NCBI GenBank assembly: GCA_964384095.1
Contig: CAYLKC010000001.1
Coordinates: forward strand, 1,106-65,105
Source of the DNA: an uncultured Chromatiales bacterium
Lineage (GTDB): Bacteria; Pseudomonadota; Gammaproteobacteria; SZUA-140
Length of the DNA: 64,000 nucleotides
Direction: 5' to 3'
The notes under the pieces are model-generated. The model was not told the origin of the DNA. It ran no database searches and was given only the letters and a program-made list of their open reading frames with translations. Shown here piece after piece: positions 8,471-17,984 of this stretch; the stretch's first letter is position 1; every line of letters starts with the position of its first letter. Position numbers and translations under genes: made by a program.

Positions 8471-10234
8471 ATGTGCGGATTATGCGGAGAAATCCGCTTC
8501 GATCACAAGGCCCCGTCGCTGGAAGCGCTCGAACGGATGAGCGAGTCGCTTCGACCCCGCGGCCCGGACGGTTCAGGGATGTTCCGGGCCGGCCCGCTTG
8601 CCGTCGGCCATCGTCGCCTGAAGATCATCGACCTGAGCGAACACGCGCAGCAGCCGATGATCGACAGCGAGCTCGGCCTCGGCATCGTCTACAACGGCGC
8701 CATCTACAATTACCGTGAACTCCGCCAGGAGCTCAGCGGTCGCGGTTACCGGTTTTTTTCCAGCGGCGACACCGAAGTCATCCTCAAGGCCTGGGCCGAG
8801 TGGGGCGAGCGTTGTGTCGAGCGCCTGCATGGCATGTTCGCGTTCGCGCTGTGGGAGCGCGACAGCGGCCGCCTGGTGCTGGCGCGCGACCGTCTCGGCA
8901 TCAAACCGCTGTATCTCGCCGAGATCGAGGGCGGACTGCGCTTCGCATCCACGCTGCCGGCGTTGCTGGCGGCCGGCGATGTCGATACCGGCATCGATCC
9001 GGTCGCGCTGCACCATTACATGAGTTTCCATTCCGTCGTGCCGGCGCCGCATACGGTGCTGAACGGCGTGCGCAAGCTGCCGCCGGCGACGATGCTGACG
9101 ATCGAGCCCGATGGACGCCGTGCCGAACGCGTCTACTGGAAGCCGGAATATGGCGGCGGCGAGGGACGCAGTTTCGAGGACTGGCGCGAGGAGCTGGGCG
9201 AGATGCTGAAGCGCGCAGTCAGGCGCCGGCTGGTCGCCGATGTGCCGGTCGGCGTGCTGCTGTCGGGCGGTCTCGATTCCAGCCTGATCGTCGGTCTGCT
9301 GGCCGAAGAGGGGCAGCGGGACATCCATACCTTCTCGGTCGGCTTCGAGAACCTGGCGGAAGAGGACGGCGACGAATTCCGCTATTCCGATATCATCGCC
9401 GAAACCTACGCGACCCGTCACCACCGCATCTTCGTCGATTCGGAGGAATTGCTCGAACAGCTCGAGCCCTGCATCGGCGCGATGTCGGAGCCGATGGTCA
9501 GCCACGATACGATCGGCTTCTACCTGCTGTCGCGCAAGGTCGCCGAGCACGTCAAGGTGGTGCAGAGCGGCCAGGGCGCGGACGAGGTCTTCGGCGGCTA
9601 TCACTGGTATCCGCCGATGCTGGAGAGCCGGCACCCCGTTCCCGACTATGCTCGGGTCTTCTTCGATCGCGACCATCGCGAATATCTCGATGCGGTCGAT
9701 TCGCGCTTTCACGGTGAGGATCACAGCCTGCGCTTCGTCGAGCGTCACTTTGCCGCCCCCGGCGCGCAGCGGGCGATCGATCGCACGCTGCGGCTGGATA
9801 CCACGGTCATGCTGGTCGACGACCCGGTGAAGCGGGTCGACAACATGACGATGGCCTGGGGGCTCGAGGCGCGGGTGCCGTTCCTCGATCATGAACTGGT
9901 CGAGTTTGCGGCGCGCATCCCGGCAGAATACAAGGTTGCGCAGGGCGGCAAGCATGTGCTCAAGGAGCTCGCGCGTCGTCATATCCCCTCCGCGGTCATC
10001 GACCGGCCGAAGGGCTATTTCCCGGTGCCGCAGCTGAAATACATGCAGGGGCCATATCTGGACCTTGCCCGCGAGGTGCTCTCTGATCCGCGCGCCCGCG
10101 CCCGCGGACTGTTCCGCCAGGCCTATGTCGACCGGCTGTTCGCGAATCCGTCCGCAGAGATCACGCCGTTGCGCGGTTCGAAGTTATGGCAGATCGTGTT
10201 GCTCGAGTACTGGCTGCAGGCACAGGGCATCTGA
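8471..10234 (+). CDS. asnO: N-acetylglutaminylglutamine amidotransferase (asparagine-synthetase-like, class II GATase)
   Basis: N-terminal MCGLCGE (catalytic Cys2); PP-loop SGGLDSS; first gene of the asnO-ngg-M42 order. Confidence 0.85.
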   Translation: MCGLCGEIRFDHKAPSLEALERMSESLRPRGPDGSGMFRAGPLAVGHRRLKIIDLSEHAQQPMIDSELGLGIVYNGAIYNYRELRQELSGRGYRFFSSGDTEVILKAWAEWGERCVERLHGMFAFALWERDSGRLVLARDRLGIKPLYLAEIEGGLRFASTLPALLAAGDVDTGIDPVALHHYMSFHSVVPAPHTVLNGVRKLPPATMLTIEPDGRRAERVYWKPEYGGGEGRSFEDWREELGEMLKRAVRRRLVADVPVGVLLSGGLDSSLIVGLLAEEGQRDIHTFSVGFENLAEEDGDEFRYSDIIAETYATRHHRIFVDSEELLEQLEPCIGAMSEPMVSHDTIGFYLLSRKVAEHVKVVQSGQGADEVFGGYHWYPPMLESRHPVPDYARVFFDRDHREYLDAVDSRFHGEDHSLRFVERHFAAPGAQRAIDRTLRLDTTVMLVDDPVKRVDNMTMAWGLEARVPFLDHELVEFAARIPAEYKVAQGGKHVLKELARRHIPSAVIDRPKGYFPVPQLKYMQGPYLDLAREVLSDPRARARGLFRQAYVDRLFANPSAEITPLRGSKLWQIVLLEYWLQAQGI

Positions 10235-10237
10235 GTC

Positions 10238-11977
10238 ATGGCGGAAGGACACCGGATACGCAACCGCCTCGAGCGCGCGCGGTCGCCCTCGCTGAGGCCG
10301 TGGGACAATCAGCCGGGCCGGCATCCGCGGCTCAAGGGCCGCAATGCGATCGTCGATTGCGGCTGGGGACGATTGATCTTCGGCCAGACCTTCGACGAAA
10401 GACGGCTTGCGGAGACCCTGCGCGAGGAACGGGAAGGCAAGCGCGATATCGCGATGTATCTGCGCAATCCTCATGTCGTGATCTCGCAGGCGCCGCAGAG
10501 CGTATTCCTCGATCCCTCGCATACCTACCGCCTGTGGCTGGACCGCTATCGCTCGCCGCGCGCGCGGCCGCGCGGTTTCGTCATCCGCCTGCTGAACAGT
10601 CGAGAGGACGCCGCGGCGGTCGATGCGCTGTACCGGCGCCAGCACATGGTCCCGCCCGGCGCTGATTTCATCTGGGGGCAGCGCGCATCGCGAACGCTGA
10701 CCTGGCTGGTCGCAGAGGAGGCCGCCGCCGGCGGCGGCATCGTCGGCGTGGTCTCCGGCGTCGATCATCACGAGGCCTTCGATGATCCCGAGAACGGCGC
10801 CAGCCTGTGGGCGCTCGCGGTCGACCTGCAATCCGGCTATCCCGGCATCGGCGAGGCGCTGGTGCGCCAGCTCGCCGAGCACTATCTGACCCGCGGCCGC
10901 AGCTTCATGGACCTCTCGGTGATGCATGACAACGAAGCGGCAATCTCGCTGTACGAGAAGCTCGGCTTCGTGCGCGTCCCTGTCTTCTCGCTCAAGCGCA
11001 AGAACATCTACAACGAGCCACTGTATACCGAGAGTGCGCCGGAAGAACGTCTGAATCCCTACGCCGGCATCATCATCGCCGAGGCGCGCCGCCGCGGTAT
11101 CGCTGTCGAGGTGCTCAATGAGCAGGAACAATACTTCACGCTGACCTGCGGCGGCCGCACCGTGGTCTGCCGGGAATCACTGAGCGAGATGACGACGGCG
11201 ATCGCAATGAGCCGCTGCCAGGACAAGTCGGTGACGCACCATGTGCTCGCCGGCGCGGGCCTGCGTGTGCCGGCGCAGATGCGCAGCGATGATGTCGAGG
11301 ATGGGCTGGAATTCCTCGAGCGTCACCGTCGCATCGTCGTCAAGCCCGCCTGCGGCGAGCAGGGCGCCGGTATCAGCGTCGATGTGCGTACGGAGGCGCA
11401 GTTGCGCCGGGCCTGGCGCGATGCCGACCATGCCGGCGGCCGTGTGCTGCTCGAGGCCTTCGTCGAGGGCATGGACCTGCGCATCGTCGTCATCAATTTC
11501 GAGGTCGTCGCCGCGGCGCTGCGCCATCCCGCCAGGATCACCGGGACCGGCAGGCATGACATCCGTGCGCTGATCGACAAGCAGAGTCGCCGCCGCCAGG
11601 TCGCGACCCGCGGCGAGAGCCGCATTCCGCTCGACGACGAGACCCTGCGCTGCCTTGACGACGCCGGATACTCGCTCGACGACATCCTGCCCCGGGACGA
11701 GGACCTGGTCGTGCGCAAGACGGCCAACCTGCACACCGGCGGCACGCTCGAGGATGTGACCGAACGGTTGTCGCCCGCGTTGCGCGAGGTCGCGACCCAG
11801 GCGGCGCGCGCGCTCGACATCCCGGTCGTCGGCCTCGACCTGCTGGTACCGGCAGTCGATGGCGACGACTATGTGCTGATCGAGGCCAACGAGCGTCCCG
11901 GCCTGGCCAACCATGAACCGCAGCCGACTGCGGAGCGCTTCATCGACCTGCTGTTTCCGCATACCGCAACCGTCTGA
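10238..11977 (+). CDS. ngg: N-acetylglutaminylglutamine synthetase (GNAT acetyltransferase + ATP-grasp, cyanophycin-synthetase-like)
   Basis: N-terminal GNAT region (LWALAVDLQSGYPGIGEALV) plus C-terminal ATP-grasp (VVKPACGEQGAGISV ... LIEANERPGL); 3 nt after asnO. Confidence 0.85.
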   Translation: MAEGHRIRNRLERARSPSLRPWDNQPGRHPRLKGRNAIVDCGWGRLIFGQTFDERRLAETLREEREGKRDIAMYLRNPHVVISQAPQSVFLDPSHTYRLWLDRYRSPRARPRGFVIRLLNSREDAAAVDALYRRQHMVPPGADFIWGQRASRTLTWLVAEEAAAGGGIVGVVSGVDHHEAFDDPENGASLWALAVDLQSGYPGIGEALVRQLAEHYLTRGRSFMDLSVMHDNEAAISLYEKLGFVRVPVFSLKRKNIYNEPLYTESAPEERLNPYAGIIIAEARRRGIAVEVLNEQEQYFTLTCGGRTVVCRESLSEMTTAIAMSRCQDKSVTHHVLAGAGLRVPAQMRSDDVEDGLEFLERHRRIVVKPACGEQGAGISVDVRTEAQLRRAWRDADHAGGRVLLEAFVEGMDLRIVVINFEVVAAALRHPARITGTGRHDIRALIDKQSRRRQVATRGESRIPLDDETLRCLDDAGYSLDDILPRDEDLVVRKTANLHTGGTLEDVTERLSPALREVATQAARALDIPVVGLDLLVPAVDGDDYVLIEANERPGLANHEPQPTAERFIDLLFPHTATV

Positions 11978-11991
11978 TAAGCTGGACAGCT

Positions 11992-13101
11992 ATGAAGCTC
12001 TTGTCAGTCGATCACGCCTACGTCCTCGATCTGCTCAAATCGCTGCTGATGACGCCGAGTCCGACCGGCTATACCGACCGCGTCGTACACCTGGCCTGCG
12101 AACAGCTCGAGCAGCTCGGCATCGACTACGAGATCACCCGCCGCGGCGCGATTCGCGCGACGCTGAAGGGCACGGTCTCCAGCCCCGACCGCGCGATCGT
12201 CGCCCACCTGGATACCCTCGGCGCTATGGTCAAGGAGCTGAAACCCGACGGCCGGCTGCGCATCGTGCCGATCGGCCACTGGAATGCCCGCTTCGCCGAG
12301 GGCGCGCGAGTGACGATCTTCAGCGATCTGCGTTCGTATCGCGGCACGATCCTGCCGCTGAAGGCCTCCGGCCATACCTTCGGCCCCGAGATCGACAAGC
12401 AACCGTCGAACTGGGACAACCTCGAGGTCCGCATCGATGAGGTCGCTTATAACCTCAAGGACCTGATGCGGCTCGGCATCCATGTCGGTGACATCATCGC
12501 GATCGACGCCAGCCCGGAGTTCGCCGGCAACGGCTATATCAATTCCCGTCACCTCGACGACAAGGCCGGCGTCGCGATCCTGTTCGGCGTCGCCAAGGCG
12601 ATCGTCGATGCCGGCATCGTGCTGCCGGTCGATTGTCACCTGCTGTTCACGATCTCCGAGGAGGTCGGCTCGGGCGCCTCGCATATCCTGCATCAGGACG
12701 TTGCCGAGATGGTCACTGTCGACAACGGCACGACCGCGCCTGGACAGAATTCGAGTGAATTCGGCGCGACCATTGCAATGGCCGACATGACTGGACCGTT
12801 CGACTATCACCTGACGCACCGGCTGCTGCAGCTGTGCCAGGAGTTCGGCATCGCCCACCAGCGCGATATCTTCCGCTATTACCGTTCCGACAGCGCCGCA
12901 GCGGTGGAGGCCGGCAATGATCTGCGCGTCGCCCTGGTCACCTTCGGCGTCGATGCCTCGCATGGCTATGAGCGCATCCACTGGAATGCCCTGCAGTCGC
13001 TGATCGAACTGCTCACCATCTATGTGCAGAACTATCCGCTGTACGGCCGTGACCGCAACGCGCTCGGTCCGCGGGCCGGTTTTCCGATTCAGCCGAGTTG
13101 A
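11992..13101 (+). CDS. M42-family peptidase of the NAGGN osmoprotectant operon
   Basis: AHLDTLG, DDKAGVAILF, SEEVGSGAS and VDNGTTAPG are M42 motifs; directly follows ngg. Confidence 0.8.
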   Translation: MKLLSVDHAYVLDLLKSLLMTPSPTGYTDRVVHLACEQLEQLGIDYEITRRGAIRATLKGTVSSPDRAIVAHLDTLGAMVKELKPDGRLRIVPIGHWNARFAEGARVTIFSDLRSYRGTILPLKASGHTFGPEIDKQPSNWDNLEVRIDEVAYNLKDLMRLGIHVGDIIAIDASPEFAGNGYINSRHLDDKAGVAILFGVAKAIVDAGIVLPVDCHLLFTISEEVGSGASHILHQDVAEMVTVDNGTTAPGQNSSEFGATIAMADMTGPFDYHLTHRLLQLCQEFGIAHQRDIFRYYRSDSAAAVEAGNDLRVALVTFGVDASHGYERIHWNALQSLIELLTIYVQNYPLYGRDRNALGPRAGFPIQPS

Positions 13102-13131
13102 GCGCCGGACGATAACGTATAATGCCGGCGC
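13102..13131. other. GC hairpin (gcgccgg/ccggcgc) enclosing a perfect TATAAT; possible operon terminator and/or sthA -10 element
   Basis: 7-bp stem; loop contains acgTATAATg; lies between the M42 stop and sthA. Confidence 0.25.
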
Positions 13132-13163
13132 ATCGCCCGGCCGGGCGGGGGGAGGGGCCGTCG

Positions 13164-14534
13164 ATGTCTGAGCATCACTATGACGTAGTCGTGATCGGCA
13201 GCGGGCCGGGCGGCGAGGGCGCCGCGATGAAGGCGTCGAAAGAAGGCCGCCGCGTCGCCGTCGTCGAGGAGTTCGCCGAGGTCGGCGGCAACTGCACCCA
13301 TCGCGGCACGATCCCGAGCAAGACCCTGCGCCAGAATGTCCAGTTCGCGCTCGAGAGCGGCGCCGGCAATGGCCGTCGCTATCCCGATCTGCTGAAGACC
13401 GCGCGCGGCGTCATCCGCAAGCAGGTCGACATGCGCCGGGCCTTCTACGAGCGCAACCAGGTCGATGTCATCCACGGTCGCGCCGCGTTTACCGGAGACC
13501 ACGCCGTCGAGGTTGCGAAGGCGGGTGGTGCGACCGACGTCGTCAGCGCCGATGCCTTCGTCATCGCGACCGGTTCTCGGCCCTATCAGCCGCCGGACGT
13601 CGATTTCAGCCATCCGCGCGTGCTCGACAGCGATTCCGTGCTGGAGCTGGACGACACCCCGCGTTCGATCACGATCTACGGCGCCGGCGTCGTCGGCTGC
13701 GAGTATGCCTCGATCTTCCGCAGCCTCGGGATCAAGGTCAACCTGATCAATACGCGCGGCCAGCTGCTGTCCTTCCTCGATGACGAGATCGTCGACGCCC
13801 TGAGCTATCACCTGCGCGAGCAGGGCGTGCTGATCCGTCACAACGAGGAATACGAGCGCGTCGAGGCCGATGACGGTGGCGTCACGGTATTCCTGAAGTC
13901 GAACAAGGAAATTCGCACGGATTATCTGCTGTGGGCGCAGGGACGTACCGGCAACTCGGACCGGATGGGGCTGGAACAGCTCGGTGTGGTCACCAACGAG
14001 CGTGGCTCGATCGTCGTCAACGATCGTTACCAGTCGAGCCGCGAGCATATCTATGCCGTCGGTGACATCACCGGCTATCCGAATCTCGCCAGCGCTGCCT
14101 ACGACCAGGGTCGTTTCGCCGCCACGCACCTGGTGCGCGGCGTCTGCGAGACCGGCCTGGTCCGCCAGATCCCGACCGGGATCTACACGATTCCGGAGAT
14201 CAGCTCGATCGGCGAGACCGAGCGCGAGCTGACCGCGGCGAAGGTCCCCTATGAGGTCGGCCACTCGCTGTTTCGTCACCTCGCGCGCGCGCAGATCTCG
14301 GGCAAGACCACTGGCATGCTGAAGATCCTGTTCCACCGCGAGACGCTGAAGATCCTCGGCATCCACTGCTTCGGCGCCCAGGCCTCCGAGATCATCCACA
14401 TCGGCCAGGCAGTGATGGCCCGCGAGGACGGCGGCAATTCGCTGATGTATTTCATCAATACCACGTTCAATTATCCGACCATGGCCGAGGCCTACCGCGT
14501 GGCGGCGCTGAACGGCCTCAATCGCGTCAGTTGA
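13164..14534 (+). CDS. sthA: soluble pyridine nucleotide transhydrogenase
   Basis: Full-length match to E. coli SthA/UdhA ([18 protein letters not shown] ... [23 protein letters not shown]); start at the ATG after a GGGGGAGGGG RBS. Confidence 0.9.
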   Translation: MSEHHYDVVVIGSGPGGEGAAMKASKEGRRVAVVEEFAEVGGNCTHRGTIPSKTLRQNVQFALESGAGNGRRYPDLLKTARGVIRKQVDMRRAFYERNQVDVIHGRAAFTGDHAVEVAKAGGATDVVSADAFVIATGSRPYQPPDVDFSHPRVLDSDSVLELDDTPRSITIYGAGVVGCEYASIFRSLGIKVNLINTRGQLLSFLDDEIVDALSYHLREQGVLIRHNEEYERVEADDGGVTVFLKSNKEIRTDYLLWAQGRTGNSDRMGLEQLGVVTNERGSIVVNDRYQSSREHIYAVGDITGYPNLASAAYDQGRFAATHLVRGVCETGLVRQIPTGIYTIPEISSIGETERELTAAKVPYEVGHSLFRHLARAQISGKTTGMLKILFHRETLKILGIHCFGAQASEIIHIGQAVMAREDGGNSLMYFINTTFNYPTMAEAYRVAALNGLNRVS

Positions 14535-14636
14535 GACGACCGCCCGGGCGGACGTGAACCCGGCCGCCGGCTGGGTTACAATGGCCGTTCTGTGGCCGTT
14601 TCGGTCCCGGCAACCTAGGCTGAAGAAAGCACCGCT

Positions 14637-14843
14637 ATGAAAGAACTTGCACGCATGATGGTCTATACCATCGGCGCCGTATCCGTGATTTTCATCATGA
14701 TCTGGCTGACCCGGCAGGAAGGGCTTTCAGGCAACTTCATGGTGAGCGTCGCCGTCCTGCTGATCATCATCATTCCGATCACCCTCGGGGTGATCATGGC
14801 CCGCCGCGAACGCCAGCAGCGGGAGCGCGATACCCGCTCCTGA
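14637..14843 (+). CDS. small hydrophobic protein (two predicted TM helices)
   Basis: 68 aa; stop 2 nt before the TraB/GumN start (translational coupling). Confidence 0.5.
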   Translation: MKELARMMVYTIGAVSVIFIMIWLTRQEGLSGNFMVSVAVLLIIIIPITLGVIMARRERQQRERDTRS

Positions 14844-14845
14844 TC

Positions 14846-15772
14846 ATGCGGGCCCGGGTCACGGCGCCCGTCCTCCTGCGCGGATTCCTGCTGTGCGTGC
14901 TGCTGGCGGTCCTGCCGGCCACCGCCGCCGAGCCGCGCCTCTTCTGGCAGGCAGAATCGCCCGCCGGTACGGTCTGGCTGCTCGGTTCCCTGCACTTCGG
15001 CGATCCCTCGATGTACCCGCTGCCATCCACGATCACTGCGGCGCTGGCCGATGCCGAAGTCCTCGTCGTCGAGGTGGATATCACCGCCCATGCGCCGGAG
15101 GCGGTCGCCGAGGCGATCAGTCGCCGCGGCCTGTATCACGACGGGCGCAGGCTCGGCGATGTCGTCGATGCCGGGACCTGGCAATCGCTGGCCACGATCG
15201 CGGGAGATCTCGGGGTGCCCCTGCCGCTGCTGGAGCGGCAGAAGCCGTGGTTCGCCACGATGACGCTGACGACGCTGGCGCTCTCGCGTGCGGGTTTCCC
15301 CGGTGATCTCGGCATCGACATGCATATGATGGCGCTGGCCGCGGAACAGGGGATCCCGATCGTCGAACTGGAGTCGATCGCCTTCCAGCTCGAACTGCTC
15401 GACGGCCTGTCCGCCGATGCGCAGGCGCTGATGCTCGAGCAGACCCTCGAACAGCTCACGGATACCGAACACCACTTCCGCAGGCTGCTCGAGGCCTGGC
15501 AGGGCGGCGACGCCGATGCGCTCGCCGGGATTCTCGTCGAGGAACTGCGCGGCCCCGGCGCGGATGACGAGCTCTACCGCGCGCTGCTCATCGAGCGCAA
15601 CGCGACGATGACGCGCGATATCGTCGCGCTGCTCGAGCGCCATGACGCGGTCTTCGTCGTCGTCGGCGCCGGGCATATGGTCGGGGAGGATGGCATCGTC
15701 GCCGGGCTCGCAGAGCGCGGATTCCGCATCGATCAGCCCGGCCTGCGGTCGGATCCGCCGCCGCGACCCTGA
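14846..15772 (+). CDS. TraB/GumN family protein, secreted
   Basis: Signal peptide; GSLHFGD and VVVGAGHMVG motifs of PF01963. Confidence 0.7.
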   Translation: MRARVTAPVLLRGFLLCVLLAVLPATAAEPRLFWQAESPAGTVWLLGSLHFGDPSMYPLPSTITAALADAEVLVVEVDITAHAPEAVAEAISRRGLYHDGRRLGDVVDAGTWQSLATIAGDLGVPLPLLERQKPWFATMTLTTLALSRAGFPGDLGIDMHMMALAAEQGIPIVELESIAFQLELLDGLSADAQALMLEQTLEQLTDTEHHFRRLLEAWQGGDADALAGILVEELRGPGADDELYRALLIERNATMTRDIVALLERHDAVFVVVGAGHMVGEDGIVAGLAERGFRIDQPGLRSDPPPRP

Positions 15773-15780
15773 GCTGCCGC

Positions 15781-15803
15781 CGGCGCGGTGGTCTTGTATA
15801 ATT
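15781..15803 (+). promoter_or_regulatory. putative sigma-70 -10 element (TATAAT) for the beta-propeller/sulfotransferase pair
   Basis: cttgTATAATtgg ~30 nt upstream of the 15834 start; -35 is weak. Confidence 0.3.
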
Positions 15804-15833
15804 GGCGGAAACACAAATCTCAAGGGCAGGGTA

Positions 15834-17093
15834 ATGGCACAATCGTCAGGGGATATCGGACAGTTCACGGCCGGCTTCTATGTCGGTAACCGCAAGACCG
15901 GCGCTGTCGCGGTCGTCGACAGGCGTGACGGCAAGGTCAGCATCGACCCGCTCGACACCGGCGCCGAGACCGGGCTCGAGCAGGCGCTGAAGCCGATCTT
16001 CGTCGGGCTCAGTGAGAAGCGCGACATCATCCTGCTCGATCCGGCGACCAGAACGATCCGCCTCGAATCCGCGTTCCCGGCCGATGCCTTCCCCGCGCAT
16101 ATCTACGAGGACCCGACCTCCGAACGAAGCTGGTTCATGAATGACGGCGACAAGGAGACCGGCAACGACAGGCTGAACTGCGGTGACGCCGGTTCCTCGG
16201 TCACCGTCGTCGAGCACATCGACAGTACGCGCGCGAAATTCCTCGCGACGATCTGCGTCGGCCGCGGCCATCACCAGGCCGCCTTCAGTCATCCGTCGGA
16301 CAGCGCCCCGGATGTCCCGCGCCTGGCCTGGATCAGCAATCTCAAGGATGGCACCCTGTCGGTCATCGGTAATGATCCCGCAAAGCCGGATGACTATCTC
16401 AGACTCATCGCGACGATCAACCTCTGCGAACCCGACCGCGAGGAGGGCATGAGCGGCGCGGCGATCCCGAACAACGCCTTCCCGCACGGGCTCGTCTACT
16501 CGCCGCTGACCGGGAAGGTCTACAACCTCAACAACGGCTACGGTGACATCGCGATCATCGACCCGCGCACGCTGACCATCGAACGGCATCTCCCGTTCAA
16601 GGGCCACAGCAACCTGTTCATCTCGCCTTGTGGCCGCTACATCATCGGCCGCGGCGCCGACCGCAAGTCTGATCCGAACCACGTCATCGCAAAGCTCAGC
16701 GTCCTCGACGTCAGCGACCTGACCGTCACCGACCGTCTCGAACTGCGCGACATCTACATCAGCAAGTACTACTTCAACCGCGCCGGCACCCGGCTCTACC
16801 TGACGACCTCGAGTTCCGGCAGCCCCGAGCAGCAGCAGACCCTGCGCCAGGATGCGCTGGTCATCATCGACCTGGGTGCGTTGCCGAAGCTGAAGGTGCT
16901 GCGTGAACTCCGCCTCGGCTCGCCTTCCGGCTCACTCGCGTTCGTCACCGGCAGCGGCGGTCGTGAACTCGTGCTGTCCTCGAATTCCGAGGCCGGCAGT
17001 CTCGTCGTCATCGACGGCGCGAGCGACGAGATCGTCGACACGATTCCGGTCATGCCCGGCCAGGGCCACTCCCGTGTCTGGAGTCTTGGTTAG
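15834..17093 (+). CDS. cytoplasmic beta-propeller repeat protein (YVTN/lactonase-like blades), function unknown
   Basis: Start trimmed to the ATG after aagggcagggta; repeated ...VYNLNNGYGDIAIIDP.., ..LSVLDVSDL.., ..LVVIDGASDEIVDTIPV.. blade-like segments; no signal peptide. Confidence 0.55.
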   Translation: MAQSSGDIGQFTAGFYVGNRKTGAVAVVDRRDGKVSIDPLDTGAETGLEQALKPIFVGLSEKRDIILLDPATRTIRLESAFPADAFPAHIYEDPTSERSWFMNDGDKETGNDRLNCGDAGSSVTVVEHIDSTRAKFLATICVGRGHHQAAFSHPSDSAPDVPRLAWISNLKDGTLSVIGNDPAKPDDYLRLIATINLCEPDREEGMSGAAIPNNAFPHGLVYSPLTGKVYNLNNGYGDIAIIDPRTLTIERHLPFKGHSNLFISPCGRYIIGRGADRKSDPNHVIAKLSVLDVSDLTVTDRLELRDIYISKYYFNRAGTRLYLTTSSSGSPEQQQTLRQDALVIIDLGALPKLKVLRELRLGSPSGSLAFVTGSGGRELVLSSNSEAGSLVVIDGASDEIVDTIPVMPGQGHSRVWSLG

Positions 17094-17126
17094 AGAGTCA
17101 TCGGGCGGCGTGAACCGGTACGCGCA

Positions 17127-17984
17127 ATGGACAAGGAACAGTTGCTCGATCCCAAATGGGGCGCCCCTGGCCGCACGCACGACCCGGTCATGCTCGCGAA
17201 TTTCCACCCGCGTCCGACCGATGTCCTGATCACCACCGCGCCGAAGGCCGGCACGACCTGGATGCAGCAGATCCTGCACCAGCTTCGCAGCGGCGGTGAC
17301 GAGGGCTTTGAATCGATCTTCGATGTCGTCCCGTGGATCGAATTTCCGAATCCGCGGCGCAGCTGGCAGGATCGCCTCGAGGAATTTGAAAGACTCCCCG
17401 ATCCACGCATCTTCAAGACCCACTGTACCTACGAGCAGACCCCGGGCGTCGACACCGTCCGCATCGTCCTGACCTCGCGCGACCCGCGCGACTGCTGCGT
17501 CAGCATGTATCACCATCAGATGAACCTGACCGACGAGGCGCGCGCCGAGATGAACTTTCCGCCGCCGGCGTCATTCGACGAATTCTTCGAGCGATGGATG
17601 GAGTTCGGTGCCTGGTATCGCAATGTCGCCAGCTGGTGGCCGCATCGCAATGCGTCAAACCTGCTCTGGCTGCGATATGAGGACCTCATCGCCGATCCCG
17701 GGGCCGGGATCGACCGGCTGCTCGTCTTTCTAGGCTGGCGGCTCGCCCCGGAGGCGAGGGCGCGGGTGCTCGAGTACTGCTCGTTTGCGTGGATGAAGCG
17801 CCATTCCGACCGCTTCACGACGCGGCTGCCGTCAGGCCGGTTGTCGTTCCGTCCCAGGAGCTTCATTCGCAAGGGCAGGGCTGGCGATCATGCCGGCCAG
17901 CTCAGCGAGTCCCAGGCGCGCGCGATCATCGAGCGGGCGCGGCGGGAGCTTGATCCTGCGTGCGTTGCCTTTCTCGGACTTTGA
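17127..17984 (+). CDS. PAPS-dependent sulfotransferase (PF00685-like)
   Basis: 5'-PSB motif PKAGTTW, 3'-PB motif TSRDPRD, C-terminal RKGRAGDHAGQLS (RKGxxGDWKxxF-like). Confidence 0.8.
   Translation: MDKEQLLDPKWGAPGRTHDPVMLANFHPRPTDVLITTAPKAGTTWMQQILHQLRSGGDEGFESIFDVVPWIEFPNPRRSWQDRLEEFERLPDPRIFKTHCTYEQTPGVDTVRIVLTSRDPRDCCVSMYHHQMNLTDEARAEMNFPPPASFDEFFERWMEFGAWYRNVASWWPHRNASNLLWLRYEDLIADPGAGIDRLLVFLGWRLAPEARARVLEYCSFAWMKRHSDRFTTRLPSGRLSFRPRSFIRKGRAGDHAGQLSESQARAIIERARRELDPACVAFLGL

Noticed and set aside
8573-14399. Minus-strand ORFs 8573-9982, 11177-11962, 12004-12981 and 13089-14399
   Set aside because: Antisense to asnO, ngg, the M42 peptidase and sthA respectively; no motifs; high-GC open-frame artefacts.
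14663-15868. 401-aa minus-strand ORF overlapping the TraB/GumN gene
   Set aside because: The plus-strand gene has a signal peptide and family motifs; the minus frame is R/G/D-rich with no features.
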